From NCBI GenBank assembly GCA_003173865.1, contig PJMF01000010.1, positions 19,088 through 83,087 on the forward strand: a DNA stretch of 64,000 bases, given 5' to 3'. Below the pieces are notes generated by a model. It ran no database searches and was not told the DNA's origin. It worked only from the letters and a program-made list of their open reading frames with translations. The DNA comes from Minisyncoccota bacterium. Its GTDB lineage: Bacteria; Patescibacteriota; Microgenomatia; UBA1400; PJMF01. Of the stretch, positions 27,574 through 37,880 are shown piece by piece. The stretch's first letter is position 1. Each line of letters begins with the position of its first letter. A program made the position numbers and the translations under genes.

Positions 27574-28464
27574 CTTTTCATTCATACTTTTAAGTTGATT
27601 TTTCAAGTAATCTATTCCCTTTTGTAAAATGGAATAGCCATTCCCTTTTTGCTTCACATAAGTGCTCTTTATATTAGAGATATTTCCACTAGTAAAGTTA
27701 GATGTAGATATAGAGTCTTTTAGCTTATCAGATAGATATTCAATATCAGTTGCTGTTAATGATTTGATATTTCCCTTGGCTTCTGCATATATTAAGAGCC
27801 ACAAAATCTTATCGGATCTTTTCGCGAGATGATGAAATCGTGGGAATCCTTCTAATTCTGACATTACTTCTAGAGATTCCAGTCCTGCAGTTAAGATTTG
27901 TTTTTTCTTTTTGGTTTTATTGGTTCCTACTGAGAAGCCACCTTTTGGACGATTTGCGAAGTTTGAACTAAGTACTGAAAGCCCCGTTCTTGTGACGTAG
28001 TATTTGTTAGAATTTCCCAATTGAGAAATATATCCTAACTTAACTGTGTGTTTAAAATCACGAGCTAAATTTTTTGTTGGGTCTTTTTCTCCTGCTTTTA
28101 TGAAAAGATCTTTAATGTCACTTGGAGAAAAGTTATCCTGAGAATTAACTTTTTGAAAATAATTCCCCAAAATTAATACTTTATCTGGATTAAACTTAGC
28201 TTCTGGGTAAGATAAAAGCTCTTCTTGAGGAGAAAGACTTGGCGAAGTGTATTGGGAAAAACCCATTTCAGGATTTTGAGGAATTTGAGTCAAGCTAGAA
28301 TTTGAAACACCCTCTTCTTTTTCATCCTCATTACCGACTTTAATAGCAGCTATAATTTTTAAAGCAAGTTCAAAAGAAATTTCATTTTCAAATGATAGAG
28401 ATTCATCTGTTATTAAAATTTTTGGCATGTTTTGAACAGTATGCCTTCCAGTCCGTGATGTCAA
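27538..28464 (-). CDS. Hypothetical 308-aa protein whose stop lies inside the tRNA-like gene
   Basis: ORF with no recognisable domain. The last 12 codons overlap the 5' half of the tRNA-like sequence. Confidence 0.35.
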   Translation of the reverse strand: MTSRTGRHTVQNMPKILITDESLSFENEISFELALKIIAAIKVGNEDEKEEGVSNSSLTQIPQNPEMGFSQYTSPSLSPQEELLSYPEAKFNPDKVLILGNYFQKVNSQDNFSPSDIKDLFIKAGEKDPTKNLARDFKHTVKLGYISQLGNSNKYYVTRTGLSVLSSNFANRPKGGFSVGTNKTKKKKQILTAGLESLEVMSELEGFPRFHHLAKRSDKILWLLIYAEAKGNIKSLTATDIEYLSDKLKDSISTSNFTSGNISNIKSTYVKQKGNGYSILQKGIDYLKNQLKSMNEKGGVAERPNALE

Positions 28465-28500
28465 TGAGGAAAATTATGAGGAAAAAAATTAAAATAGTGC

Positions 28501-28836
28501 TCACTTAGTAGAACAAACAAAAACCAATTTTGGCACTATGGTTTCGGACAATAAGAAACTTTTGTCTGCATGGTGTTGTTTTCCATAATATTGCTCCCAA
28601 GTTCCCCAACCTCTGTAGAAACTTGAAAGTGTCTTATCTATAAAATTAACAATGTGTAAATCTCCGTCATGTTGAAAATCTTTCAGGTCGAGAAAAACTG
28701 TTTCAATAGCCATCTGATTACCTGGCGGTTGAGTTACAATACAACCCATCAATTTGTTTCGGACTGCCCCTCTCTGAGTAACTCCTGAATCGGTTAATTC
28801 TTGCAAATAAGTTCCTGGTAAAGGCAATGTTGCCAA
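28501..28836 (-). CDS. Hypothetical 111-aa protein
   Basis: ORF only. Confidence 0.3.
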   Translation of the reverse strand: MATLPLPGTYLQELTDSGVTQRGAVRNKLMGCIVTQPPGNQMAIETVFLDLKDFQHDGDLHIVNFIDKTLSSFYRGWGTWEQYYGKQHHADKSFLLSETIVPKLVFVCSTK

Positions 28837-28910
28837 AGAGCGAGGGTTTGAAGTCTTTGAGAAAAAGCCGACAACTGAGGTTGAGAAAGTGATCTTATTA
28901 TATTTTTCAT

Positions 28911-28943
28911 TAGCTCCCCGTGTGGGACTTTATCCGAACGATA
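28911..28943 (+). repeat. Dispersed repeat copy D (full length)
   Basis: TAGCTCCCCGTGTGGGACTTTATCCGAACGATA. Confidence 0.6.
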
Positions 28944-28984
28944 ACAGATCTGAGCTAAGAACGGAATTATTACTTCTAGTCAAA

Positions 28985-30832
28985 CTAAATTGCGTTGTAC
29001 TCCTTAAGGGTGAATTCCAATGCCTCTTCGTGTCTATTTTTAACATTATCTTCTAAATCACCCATCCCAACTCTTCTTTGTCTTCTCATATAATCTGCTC
29101 TTAACCGCTCTTTTACGGTCTCTCTGTTGTCTAGATCTGGAGAAAAATTTAACTTCATGAAATGACAACCAATGCAGGTATAGACCCTATCTTCGCCAGT
29201 CATATCTGCTTCATTTTGTGCTTCACAAAGGGCAAAGGCCAAAGGCCTATTTTCTCCTATACACTGTTTAAAAAAAGACGACGCAACATTTATTGCATCC
29301 TCATTCCCAACTTTTTTGACGGTACCGACGTAAAAATTAGCTCCCGCAAAAATAAAATTAACGGACATCGTGTAGTTAGAAACGCAAGCATTATTGAAAA
29401 CAAAAGGAGCAGATGATGGATCTGAGATACCGTGAATCATAGGAATGTATGGACCCAAAGGATCTTGAGTAATGATGACGTTGCAAAATCTCATTTGCTC
29501 ATTTTCCTTTTCTTCTAAAACCTCCCATTTCTCTCTTTCTATTGCCATAAAATCTTCAACTACTGTTTTGGATGATCCTTTTTTATACTCTTTCTTATAC
29601 CAAGGATTGCCATCAAGCTCCACAAACTCATAAAAGGTTTTTACATTAACAATTCGATTAGTGCCTTCGCCTTTATTTGTTATGTCGAAGGAATCAAGGG
29701 TATCAATAGTAATGACATGGTCACAACTCTCCTTGTCGAGAAATTTAATTTTGAAACGATTGCCTTTTGGAAAACCTGCATGGCTACAAACAAACAATAA
29801 ATCATATGGGTAATACTGGATACTTTGATCCAAATCAAAGTTCCTAAACTGATTTTCTCTGAGTTCTTTAACAAATACATTTTTTTGTGCTAATAAATCA
29901 CAGATACCATCTGTTTCTGAATTTTTAAAAAAACCTGTGTCGACAAGTAGAGCTGAGTTTACTTGAATGTATGGTTCTGCCACAGAGGAAGCTATCAAAT
30001 AAGATGGTAGCGATTTATTGTATATGTGAGTTGAAGGAATTTTGGGGAAAAGGTAACCATACGTGAAGTCGTTAGTAAAAAAAGTGATCAATTTGTATTG
30101 TTCCACATTTTTTATGTCTAACTCAAAATCCGATTTCACTTCTCCGAAAATTTGTCTTGCAAGTTCACCTCCTCTATCTTCATGCACCGATTCTCCAATC
30201 ATGTCATAAATTTCCCTTGAGCTATATTTACTTTTACTCACAAAAAATCGGATATCAGCTTTTACAGAAAAAGCATAATTGGCTAAAATCACAGGATTAT
30301 GGAGGTCCGACGAATCTGAGGCTAACAGGTGTTCTTGTTCTACCGACTGAACAATTCGATAATCTGCATCCGATTTGATTATTAATTTTAATTTTCTCCG
30401 TTTTGCTTCTAATAACGCAAACGTGACTTTTTCTCTATCTGGAGGACATTCAATTACTCCTTCAAATTTTATTCCGAAATTGGACGCTAATGTGTTAATC
30501 TCGGTTTTTTTGTTGATGTATATATATCTATCTTCTCTTAAACCAAGGTGATCCTTAATTAGATTCATCATCTTTGAAGGTACATCAGCAAAAATAATTT
30601 TTTCTGCCTTTACTCTCGCAAGAACATTATTTAATTTAACGAATTCGTTGCGCCAGTATTTATGAAGCGACCGTGGAAGTTCAAGTACAGCAAAGTACGT
30701 ATTCTCATCGTTAAAACATGACGATATTTGGGCACTTAATACAAAGTTCCCACTAATGCACACGACTCTTTTTTCTATTTTAGGTGGGAAGCTTAATGAG
30801 TCATTTATTGGATCAGGCATGGGTAAATTCAA
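28985..30832 (-). CDS. Hypothetical 615-aa protein (orphan)
   Basis: Long ORF; no motif identifiable by eye. Confidence 0.4.
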   Translation of the reverse strand: MNLPMPDPINDSLSFPPKIEKRVVCISGNFVLSAQISSCFNDENTYFAVLELPRSLHKYWRNEFVKLNNVLARVKAEKIIFADVPSKMMNLIKDHLGLREDRYIYINKKTEINTLASNFGIKFEGVIECPPDREKVTFALLEAKRRKLKLIIKSDADYRIVQSVEQEHLLASDSSDLHNPVILANYAFSVKADIRFFVSKSKYSSREIYDMIGESVHEDRGGELARQIFGEVKSDFELDIKNVEQYKLITFFTNDFTYGYLFPKIPSTHIYNKSLPSYLIASSVAEPYIQVNSALLVDTGFFKNSETDGICDLLAQKNVFVKELRENQFRNFDLDQSIQYYPYDLLFVCSHAGFPKGNRFKIKFLDKESCDHVITIDTLDSFDITNKGEGTNRIVNVKTFYEFVELDGNPWYKKEYKKGSSKTVVEDFMAIEREKWEVLEEKENEQMRFCNVIITQDPLGPYIPMIHGISDPSSAPFVFNNACVSNYTMSVNFIFAGANFYVGTVKKVGNEDAINVASSFFKQCIGENRPLAFALCEAQNEADMTGEDRVYTCIGCHFMKLNFSPDLDNRETVKERLRADYMRRQRRVGMGDLEDNVKNRHEEALEFTLKEYNAI

Positions 30833-31446
30833 GAATTACTATAAATGTCGAGAAAATCAAAAATTGTTTGAGGGAATAAAAGCGAAAGGCCAATCCCCAA
30901 AATATGTTCAGGTGTATACACGAGCGTGTTGTGAGCTCCTTCAAGTGGTACAGTCTCTGGTGGTACAGCTTCATCGCCGAATGCTGGCCTAATGGTCATC
31001 AACCGAGCTCGATCCTGTTTGGTTAAGAGGTGTTCGCTGGCTTCAAACTGCAAAACTGACTGTTTGAAAGCAGGACTTTTTTGACTCACACTCTCAAGAG
31101 ACCGAAACGTTCTATTTGGGTTACCTCTTCGCAAACGGCCACAATTATTTACTGCTTTTTCAATAACATCCTGTCGCTCTCGAAATACATTAAATGCAAA
31201 ACTTCCACCTGCACTTGAGCCAATAACATAAACCTTTCCACGTTTGTGCAACTCGTCGATAAGTACCAGCATCCGTTCAAGCTTGGGCTCAAAATCTTCA
31301 CCGTCATACCAGCCAACCCTAGATATGTGTGTTTCCACACCCATTTTCTTCCAACCTTTAGTTGCCCAAGTCATAGCTTCAATGTTATCGCCGAGTCCAG
31401 GAATAAAAATGATTTGTGGTTTTGCCTCAGGAGATGTCATCTTCAT
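30829..31446 (-). CDS. Alpha/beta hydrolase (GxSxG)
   Basis: IIFIPGLGDN ... VYVIGSSAGG nucleophile elbow. Confidence 0.5.
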   Translation of the reverse strand: MKMTSPEAKPQIIFIPGLGDNIEAMTWATKGWKKMGVETHISRVGWYDGEDFEPKLERMLVLIDELHKRGKVYVIGSSAGGSFAFNVFRERQDVIEKAVNNCGRLRRGNPNRTFRSLESVSQKSPAFKQSVLQFEASEHLLTKQDRARLMTIRPAFGDEAVPPETVPLEGAHNTLVYTPEHILGIGLSLLFPQTIFDFLDIYSNS

Positions 31447-31795
31447 CCTTAAGGTGCTTTCGCGCTTTTTTAACTTCTCTATGCATAGATTGCATTAAAT
31501 CTGCATAAGACTCTGGTGTCATCCCTTTTGGAGGGTTTTCAATCAGACTTCTTTCAAGTTCGAGAAAAGCTTCGAGCATTCGATCAGGAGTGACATCAGG
31601 GCTAAAAGTTGCATGTGCGCCCATTTGCCCATTTTCATCAATACTTGTGTAGTCAATGTGGTAGCCGATTCCTGGAAAAGTGTCAGTATCTATTTCTATT
31701 GTCCCTCCACTTCCAACTGGCCGAGTTTTTGGTTTTTGTTGTTCCTCTTGTCCTTGGCCTCGTCTTTTTCTCCACCATCGCTCAAGTCTTTGCAT
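31427..31795 (-). CDS. Hypothetical basic protein
   Basis: ORF; overlaps the neighbouring stop by 20 nt. Confidence 0.3.
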   Translation of the reverse strand: MQRLERWWRKRRGQGQEEQQKPKTRPVGSGGTIEIDTDTFPGIGYHIDYTSIDENGQMGAHATFSPDVTPDRMLEAFLELERSLIENPPKGMTPESYADLMQSMHREVKKARKHLKDEDDIS

Positions 31796-31813
31796 ATTTA
31801 CCTTTCTGAAATC

Positions 31814-32671
31814 TCACCACTTATAAGCCTTGTGAAGGATTGCTTCCCAAATCGAATCGGGAGTAATTTTCCTCACAAATGTGTATAGTTTCGTATCAAT
31901 GCCGATTTTATACCTGATGCGTGTTTTGGGCAGATTTGCTATCTCAAATAATTTATTGACTACGTGCTGGGGATCAACAATCCTTTTGATTATGGGGTTG
32001 TCAATTACTTTTTCTTTCGTGAGCGTTTCACGGTCTAATGGATTACGTAAACCAGAATAAGCAGTTTTGCCAGACTTATACCCCTTTAATACTTTGCTGT
32101 GATTTTGAAAATCAGTTAAAAATGCTCCTGGTTCAACCACCGTAACATCTACTCCAAATGGTTTGACTTCAAAGCGGAGCACCTCAGACATCGTTTCTAA
32201 AGCAAACTTAGAAGATGAATACACACCATATAATCCAAAGGATAGTAAACCGTTTAACGAAGTTACATTGATAATCCTTCCTGACTTTCTTTGCCTCATA
32301 GAGGGTAAAACTGCTTGAATCATTCTCAACGCACCAAAAATATTCACGTCATACTGTTCTTGAATTTGCTCAATATCAAACTCTTCTAACGGACCGAAGT
32401 AGCCGAAGCCTGCATTGTTAATCAGTACGTCAATATGGCCATTAGCTTTGAGAATTTTCTGCACTTCGAAATCAATTTCATTTTGTTTGGTTACATCAAT
32501 CTTCACTACTTCTAAATCTAGCTTTTCCTTGTCGGCAGTTGATTGCAATTTTTTTGATCGTTCATCCAAACTTTTTACCGATGCAAAAACCTTCCAGCCA
32601 TTACGAGCAAATTTCAAAGCAGCGAGATAACCAAAGCCAGATGAGCAACCTGTAATGAGAATAATTTTCAT
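31814..32671 (-). CDS. Short-chain dehydrogenase/reductase
   Basis: TGCSSGFG Rossmann motif, NNAG, catalytic YSSSK. Confidence 0.8.
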   Translation of the reverse strand: MKIILITGCSSGFGYLAALKFARNGWKVFASVKSLDERSKKLQSTADKEKLDLEVVKIDVTKQNEIDFEVQKILKANGHIDVLINNAGFGYFGPLEEFDIEQIQEQYDVNIFGALRMIQAVLPSMRQRKSGRIINVTSLNGLLSFGLYGVYSSSKFALETMSEVLRFEVKPFGVDVTVVEPGAFLTDFQNHSKVLKGYKSGKTAYSGLRNPLDRETLTKEKVIDNPIIKRIVDPQHVVNKLFEIANLPKTRIRYKIGIDTKLYTFVRKITPDSIWEAILHKAYKW

Positions 32672-33102
32672 AAATTTAAGGTATAGATAAGGTAGTTATC
32701 TTTATCCTTCGCATTTTGAATAAAACCGACTGAACTAAGTGCTTTTTGACTTGCGATATTTTTTTCTTCCGCACCTGCTTCCAGCTGTTTAATTTCCAAG
32801 CTTTTAGCCTTCTCAATGAGAGTTAGAAGGAGTTGCTTACCTTTGCCTTTACCTCTTTCATCGGGTGAAATATAAAAAGAGAAATAGCCAACCCCATAAG
32901 GTCCCTTTTCAAGGTCTGTAAAACCAATTGCATTGTCATCTTCGTAAACGATCCATCCATACCGAGACTCGGGATTAAGTAATTTCAGCCAAGAAGCTAG
33001 ATGTGTATATGAACTCAATTCTTTTTGTCCTTCAATATCATCCTCAAACCATTGGGTAATGAGTTCCTGATCTGAAACTGAAACTGGAACGAAATGAATC
33101 AT
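32668..33102 (-). CDS. GNAT acetyltransferase
   Basis: RGKGKGKQLLLTLIEKAKSLEI; paralogous to the N-terminal domain of the 5506..6447 protein. Confidence 0.65.
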   Translation of the reverse strand: MIHFVPVSVSDQELITQWFEDDIEGQKELSSYTHLASWLKLLNPESRYGWIVYEDDNAIGFTDLEKGPYGVGYFSFYISPDERGKGKGKQLLLTLIEKAKSLEIKQLEAGAEEKNIASQKALSSVGFIQNAKDKDNYLIYTLNL

Positions 33103-33124
33103 AGCTTCAATCTCTACTTTTTAA

Positions 33125-33664
33125 CTATTTTAAAAGTCCCTCAATCTTCAATAGAGCATATGCACTAATACTCGGGGCATCCTTAATTTCTCCTTGTACA
33201 ATCATTTTTTCCAGATCTTCAACTGTAAATTTAGACATAGTCATTCCCATCTCACTTATTTCTAAATTCTGTGAACCTTTTTCAAAATCAGTTGCAAGAA
33301 AAATATGGAAACCTTGGTTACAGTACCCATACGCTTCATAGAAAAAACCAATCTCCTGCCAACTCTTAGCTCTTAGACCTGCTTCTTCTAATAATTCTTT
33401 TTGAGCAACTTCTTTTGCACTCGTCTCTGGCTTTTCTTCATAAGAACCCTGAGGAAATTCCCAAAATGATTTGCCAACTGGGTAACGGAACTGTCGTACT
33501 AAGTAAAAATGAGTTCCATCGAATGGAATAATTAGTGCAAAGTCGGGTTTTTCAACAATCCCGTAAATACCTTTCTTCCCGTTTGCAAACTCCACCTCGT
33601 CTTCGTAAACAGACATCCATTTATTCTTATACTTTGGAATTCGCGATAATTGCTTGATGCTCAT
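33125..33664 (-). CDS. NUDIX hydrolase
   Basis: Nudix box GSYEEKPETSAKEVAQKELLEEAGL. Confidence 0.75.
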   Translation of the reverse strand: MSIKQLSRIPKYKNKWMSVYEDEVEFANGKKGIYGIVEKPDFALIIPFDGTHFYLVRQFRYPVGKSFWEFPQGSYEEKPETSAKEVAQKELLEEAGLRAKSWQEIGFFYEAYGYCNQGFHIFLATDFEKGSQNLEISEMGMTMSKFTVEDLEKMIVQGEIKDAPSISAYALLKIEGLLK

Positions 33665-33674
33665 ATATTTCTTT

Positions 33675-34595
33675 CTACTTTTTCATTTCTTCATATGAAC
33701 CATAAATTAGCTGAGGATTTCGCAACTCAGTCACTTCAACTTCATCTCCAATTTGGATTACTCCCTCTCCATGTGGATTGATGTTCTCGCCAAAAATGGG
33801 ATTCAGTTCATCATGAATGTTCTTCCATACGCGGTACTTCATCATTGTGCGATTTGGTTCAGCTGTTTTCTCACCGGTCTCAGGATTAATCTGCGGAATA
33901 GGGCATCGTTCACAGGGTTTTGGTTGATCACAGGGAATGCCAGCAACATTGAGCGCAAAAATCGCATGGACAAATTGAGGTTCAAAACCCTCTGCAACAA
34001 ATTGCGGTCGAAAACGCTCCCAACCTAATGAAACTCCTGCTCTTTGCTCTAATTCTGTAACATCTTCTTGTGGAAACCAATGAATTGGATAGCCGTCTTG
34101 AAACCGCGCTGTATTATCATTCTTGAGATAATTTTGACGAGTTGGACGATGAAATGCTTCACCAACTGCCCGCACCAATCGTACCGGCTTTCCTAAATGA
34201 TCACTAAACCAGGTTGCGAGTTGGTCGTCTTGATCAACCGCTTGGCAAACATCATCCCAAACTTTCACTGGAATAACTTTACCGCTAATGTTGTCTAAAG
34301 GCACAGTGATTGAATCTTTATCACCCCAACTTACACTTAGTATTCCATTCTCAAATCTAGGCAGGATTTGGGTCATAATATTCATACCTCGCTGTCTTTG
34401 TTGAACAAATTCATGCACTCCATCGGCGTTTACTTCTGCGCTGACTACCATAAAGTCATGATCTTTGAGTCCACCTTCTACTGTTTCTAGTCCTGCTTTA
34501 GTAAGTCGTGCCTGAGTAAGCTCTAAGCGATGTGTGCTTTTAATTGGATACAAAGCAAGCTGAGAAATTCGACCTTTTGCTTCTACTGATGGCAT
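33675..34595 (-). CDS. MOSC-domain protein
   Basis: Length and conserved C-terminal Cys region (CERCPIP) are typical of MOSC beta-barrel proteins. Confidence 0.6.
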   Translation of the reverse strand: MPSVEAKGRISQLALYPIKSTHRLELTQARLTKAGLETVEGGLKDHDFMVVSAEVNADGVHEFVQQRQRGMNIMTQILPRFENGILSVSWGDKDSITVPLDNISGKVIPVKVWDDVCQAVDQDDQLATWFSDHLGKPVRLVRAVGEAFHRPTRQNYLKNDNTARFQDGYPIHWFPQEDVTELEQRAGVSLGWERFRPQFVAEGFEPQFVHAIFALNVAGIPCDQPKPCERCPIPQINPETGEKTAEPNRTMMKYRVWKNIHDELNPIFGENINPHGEGVIQIGDEVEVTELRNPQLIYGSYEEMKK

Positions 34596-35209
34596 AGTTG
34601 TTTCACCTTTCTTGGATTTCTAAATTTCTTTCCATGACCTGGAATTACCCAATCTGCTTTCTCCAACACTAATTTTCGAGAGGCAATTTGTGCATCTCGA
34701 TCAGTTGCAAATGGGTCCTGAAGCTCAAGTAAATCTGCTTCTGTTTCCGATTTCTGTTTTCCATCTTCCCACCAAAACACATCCTGAGCTATGCAAACCC
34801 AACCATCATCCGTATTTACTAACAATGAAGTATGTTCAGGACTGTGGCCGGGGGTTGGCAAGATTTCAATATGGGTTCCTGGAATAAACTCTTTATGGAA
34901 ATACTCCTCATCGCCTTTCCAAAAGACACCACCATCGTAAATGTGCGTATCAGGAAAAAGACGAATGTTCAAAAAATGATCAGGGTGATAATGAGTTAAG
35001 TAAATGAAATCAATATCTTGAGGTTTGAGCTTCAAACTTTTCAGGGAAGCCAATAACTTCTCTTTATTGGTTCCAGGGTCAACTAATATTTTCTTTCCAT
35101 CAGCCTCAATAAGAGTAGTTGTGGGACTCGCAACGAATGATCCATCTTCTTTTGGGTACGCATATCCTTCAATTAAAATGTGAACTTTATCCATAGCTGG
35201 CTTCTCCAA
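34583..35209 (-). CDS. MBL-fold metallo-hydrolase
   Basis: THYHPDH metal-binding motif. Confidence 0.75.
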   Translation of the reverse strand: MEKPAMDKVHILIEGYAYPKEDGSFVASPTTTLIEADGKKILVDPGTNKEKLLASLKSLKLKPQDIDFIYLTHYHPDHFLNIRLFPDTHIYDGGVFWKGDEEYFHKEFIPGTHIEILPTPGHSPEHTSLLVNTDDGWVCIAQDVFWWEDGKQKSETEADLLELQDPFATDRDAQIASRKLVLEKADWVIPGHGKKFRNPRKVKQLCHQ

Positions 35210-35370
35210 GGTTCTTTATATGGCAATTTTACACTCAAGTGTATCAAACCAAAAGTGACCGGAATTGATGAAGAAAAGAAATGCTTCCAATGCTTGCATT
35301 GCCACCACACCAGATACATAGATCTCATCAAGATATGGAAGCATGGCAGCAATGGAAGCAAAAATGAGAA

Positions 35371-36030
35371 TTATTTGCCTAAGTCTATTTGTACCCCGTC
35401 CGTAAACAATCCACCTTGGGCGAGTAGTTTGAGCCCAGTTGCGTCTTTTGGTACATCAAACACAATTTTGCCGGTGACCGACAAACTTGGTTGAACTTGC
35501 TGCAAGAAGAAGGAAGTACCACCATTCGTTTCTTCCATAGCCAGCTGTCCATCGGTCGAATAGTCGAACTTTCTTCCCTGGCTATCAACGACATGGAAAT
35601 CGGAAGCATTAATTGTCTTGGTATCTTTGCCATTATTCTGGATCTTCACCGTTAAAACATAAAATATGCCTTGAGCTGTTTTGGACGTAAAACTGTTCCC
35701 TATGGTTGATGCCGTACTCACCGACTGAACCGTAAATCCAAGATCATCATCAGTAGTGGTGTCTCCCACCTTTGCCTGTTTTACTTGCGGTTGATCGGAA
35801 GTTGAACCAACAGCTGCCGCTGTATTCCCACTCGTTGAATTAGATGATGTGCTACTCGAACTTGATTTGCTACCTCCGGCTACTCCTACCAGGATAAAGA
35901 AGACGGTGACCGCCAAGATACCAGTCATGATCTTGTGCTTCATAAACCAGTTTCGCTGGTCAGTTTGACAATTCGGACACTTCGTCGCTTTATCATCAAT
36001 TTCTTTTCGGCAACTTTTACACATTTTCAT
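35371..36030 (-). CDS. Zinc-ribbon membrane protein with DUF4352-like extracellular domain
   Basis: CKSC..CPNC zinc ribbon, TM helix, Ser-rich linker, beta-rich C-terminal domain. Confidence 0.45.
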   Translation of the reverse strand: MKMCKSCRKEIDDKATKCPNCQTDQRNWFMKHKIMTGILAVTVFFILVGVAGGSKSSSSSTSSNSTSGNTAAAVGSTSDQPQVKQAKVGDTTTDDDLGFTVQSVSTASTIGNSFTSKTAQGIFYVLTVKIQNNGKDTKTINASDFHVVDSQGRKFDYSTDGQLAMEETNGGTSFFLQQVQPSLSVTGKIVFDVPKDATGLKLLAQGGLFTDGVQIDLGK

Positions 36031-36125
36031 ATATTTTTCCTTTTCTATCGAGCGCCCAAATATTGTACAGTATAATTTCCATATATGGAATGGTTAAATA
36101 TGGCAAGTCCTCAAATAATGAGAGG

Positions 36126-36365
36126 ATGCCGAGTAGATACCAACAAAAGAACGAATACCAGAGAGAACGGGAACAGTTGGGACAAACCATCAAGAGACTT
36201 CGTAATGAACGCAAAATGACCCAAGAGGATCTTGCCGATGAAGCGGACATTAACGTTTCGTATTTGGCCAAAATTGAGAATGGGTACGTGAATACCTCGA
36301 TTCGCTACCTAATTAAGATCTCCCGCGGTCTGAAAGCCAAAGTCCAAGAATTGTTTGAGTTTTAA
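36126..36365 (+). CDS. XRE-family HTH transcriptional regulator
   Basis: QLGQTIKRLRNERKMTQEDLADEADINVSYLAKIENG. Start chosen at M22 of the track ORF (RBS GAGAGG). Confidence 0.6.
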   Translation: MPSRYQQKNEYQREREQLGQTIKRLRNERKMTQEDLADEADINVSYLAKIENGYVNTSIRYLIKISRGLKAKVQELFEF

Positions 36366-36469
36366 GTCTCCTTATTTTGGTGTTGCAAACCCCAACCTTT
36401 CCAGCTTTACAGTTCTGGTTTTTTTCGTATTATGAGGATAAATGAAAATTATCATAAGAATCAATTAAT

Positions 36470-37876
36470 ATGCAAAATTCAACTTTGCAGTCAAATGACG
36501 AAGTTACATTACGTTTAAAAGCCTCCCTAGTTAGAAAAAGTGAAGGTCTGAGTCATCTTAACAATCCAAGAGATTTTTTTAGTGAACTTGCTAATATTTA
36601 TAAATTTATTTCCTCAAGAAACGAGCTGGTGATTATCTTAGAGGAAATGCTCGCGGATTACCAAAAAGAGTTTGTGGAAACGGAGAAGTTAAGACTACAA
36701 GTAGAAAAGGAATTAAATCAATCTTTGGATGAAATTAAAGACATTGCAATCAAAAATAATTTAGTTACTAAGTCCCAGTGGAATGAAGTAAAAGCTTATT
36801 ATGAGAATCACATGGCAAATCCTGTCATACCTGACTTATTGAAAAATCAAGATTCGCCTTCATCGTTAGGAATTACCATTGGTGAATACTATTCCGTGGC
36901 GTATGGATCTACTCAAGCTATGTCTGAAGACGTTACCAGGGAAAGAATGCTACTTGTATATTTAGGTCGTATCGTAGCAACAATTTTTAGCAAAAATCCA
37001 GAATTAGTAAAAAGGTACGTTATCCTTTTCAAGGATGATAAAGGTCAAGAAGTTATTCAGGATTATAAAATTTCGACAACCTATCGGGAATTCGAAAATA
37101 AAAGAGCTCTTGCTACAGTGAAATCGCAAATTTCCCCCTGGTTTGCCTTTTCAAGGCTACAATTAGTACCCCTTTGTATGTATGACTATGTAGAATATAT
37201 GGCTAGATTAAAGGAGCAAAATGACATAGTTAGGTCAATGAATCTCAATTTGCTCGTAGGAGAAATGAGAAATATTTTGGGGAATAAACAGACTTATTCT
37301 AACCAACCTACCATCTTCGTTGTTCAAGATTATAAAAATTATTTCTTAAGGGTTATAGATCACATTTTGGATTACCTAGACTTTACCTCTGAGGAAACTA
37401 AAGAGAAGATAACTCCTTTACAGATTACTCCGAGTCAATCACAAAACATAAAATCCCCTAGCCTTCCTCAATTTCTACCTCAAGACGATCTTGATTCTCT
37501 TTTTTTAGCTAAATTTAGTTTTAATCCAGAGCCCCAAAAAGGCAAATACTTTCTGCGTTACGGTTCTCATATACCAGCAACATTTGATATGAATTCTGAT
37601 TTGGGAAATGTCTGTTATGCGCTTGCCAAAAAAATAGGTGGGTGGGTGCATGCACAGGAAATCGTTTCTCAGGCATGGCCGAAGATAAATTATGAAGCGG
37701 AAACATCGGAGAAGGGCAAAAAGCTTCACAAAAAAGTTCGAGATACAATAAGTGACATACGTATAAAAAAATTAGTACCACATGGGTTGGCTGATGCTAT
37801 TGTTATCCAATCTGGATACGATCTTATCGGTGATAAGGGCAGTAATTGGTTCAGATTTATGCTTATTGCTCCATAG
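36470..37876 (+). CDS. Hypothetical 468-aa element protein
   Basis: ORF only. Confidence 0.35.
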   Translation: MQNSTLQSNDEVTLRLKASLVRKSEGLSHLNNPRDFFSELANIYKFISSRNELVIILEEMLADYQKEFVETEKLRLQVEKELNQSLDEIKDIAIKNNLVTKSQWNEVKAYYENHMANPVIPDLLKNQDSPSSLGITIGEYYSVAYGSTQAMSEDVTRERMLLVYLGRIVATIFSKNPELVKRYVILFKDDKGQEVIQDYKISTTYREFENKRALATVKSQISPWFAFSRLQLVPLCMYDYVEYMARLKEQNDIVRSMNLNLLVGEMRNILGNKQTYSNQPTIFVVQDYKNYFLRVIDHILDYLDFTSEETKEKITPLQITPSQSQNIKSPSLPQFLPQDDLDSLFLAKFSFNPEPQKGKYFLRYGSHIPATFDMNSDLGNVCYALAKKIGGWVHAQEIVSQAWPKINYEAETSEKGKKLHKKVRDTISDIRIKKLVPHGLADAIVIQSGYDLIGDKGSNWFRFMLIAP

Positions 37877-37880
37877 GTTT

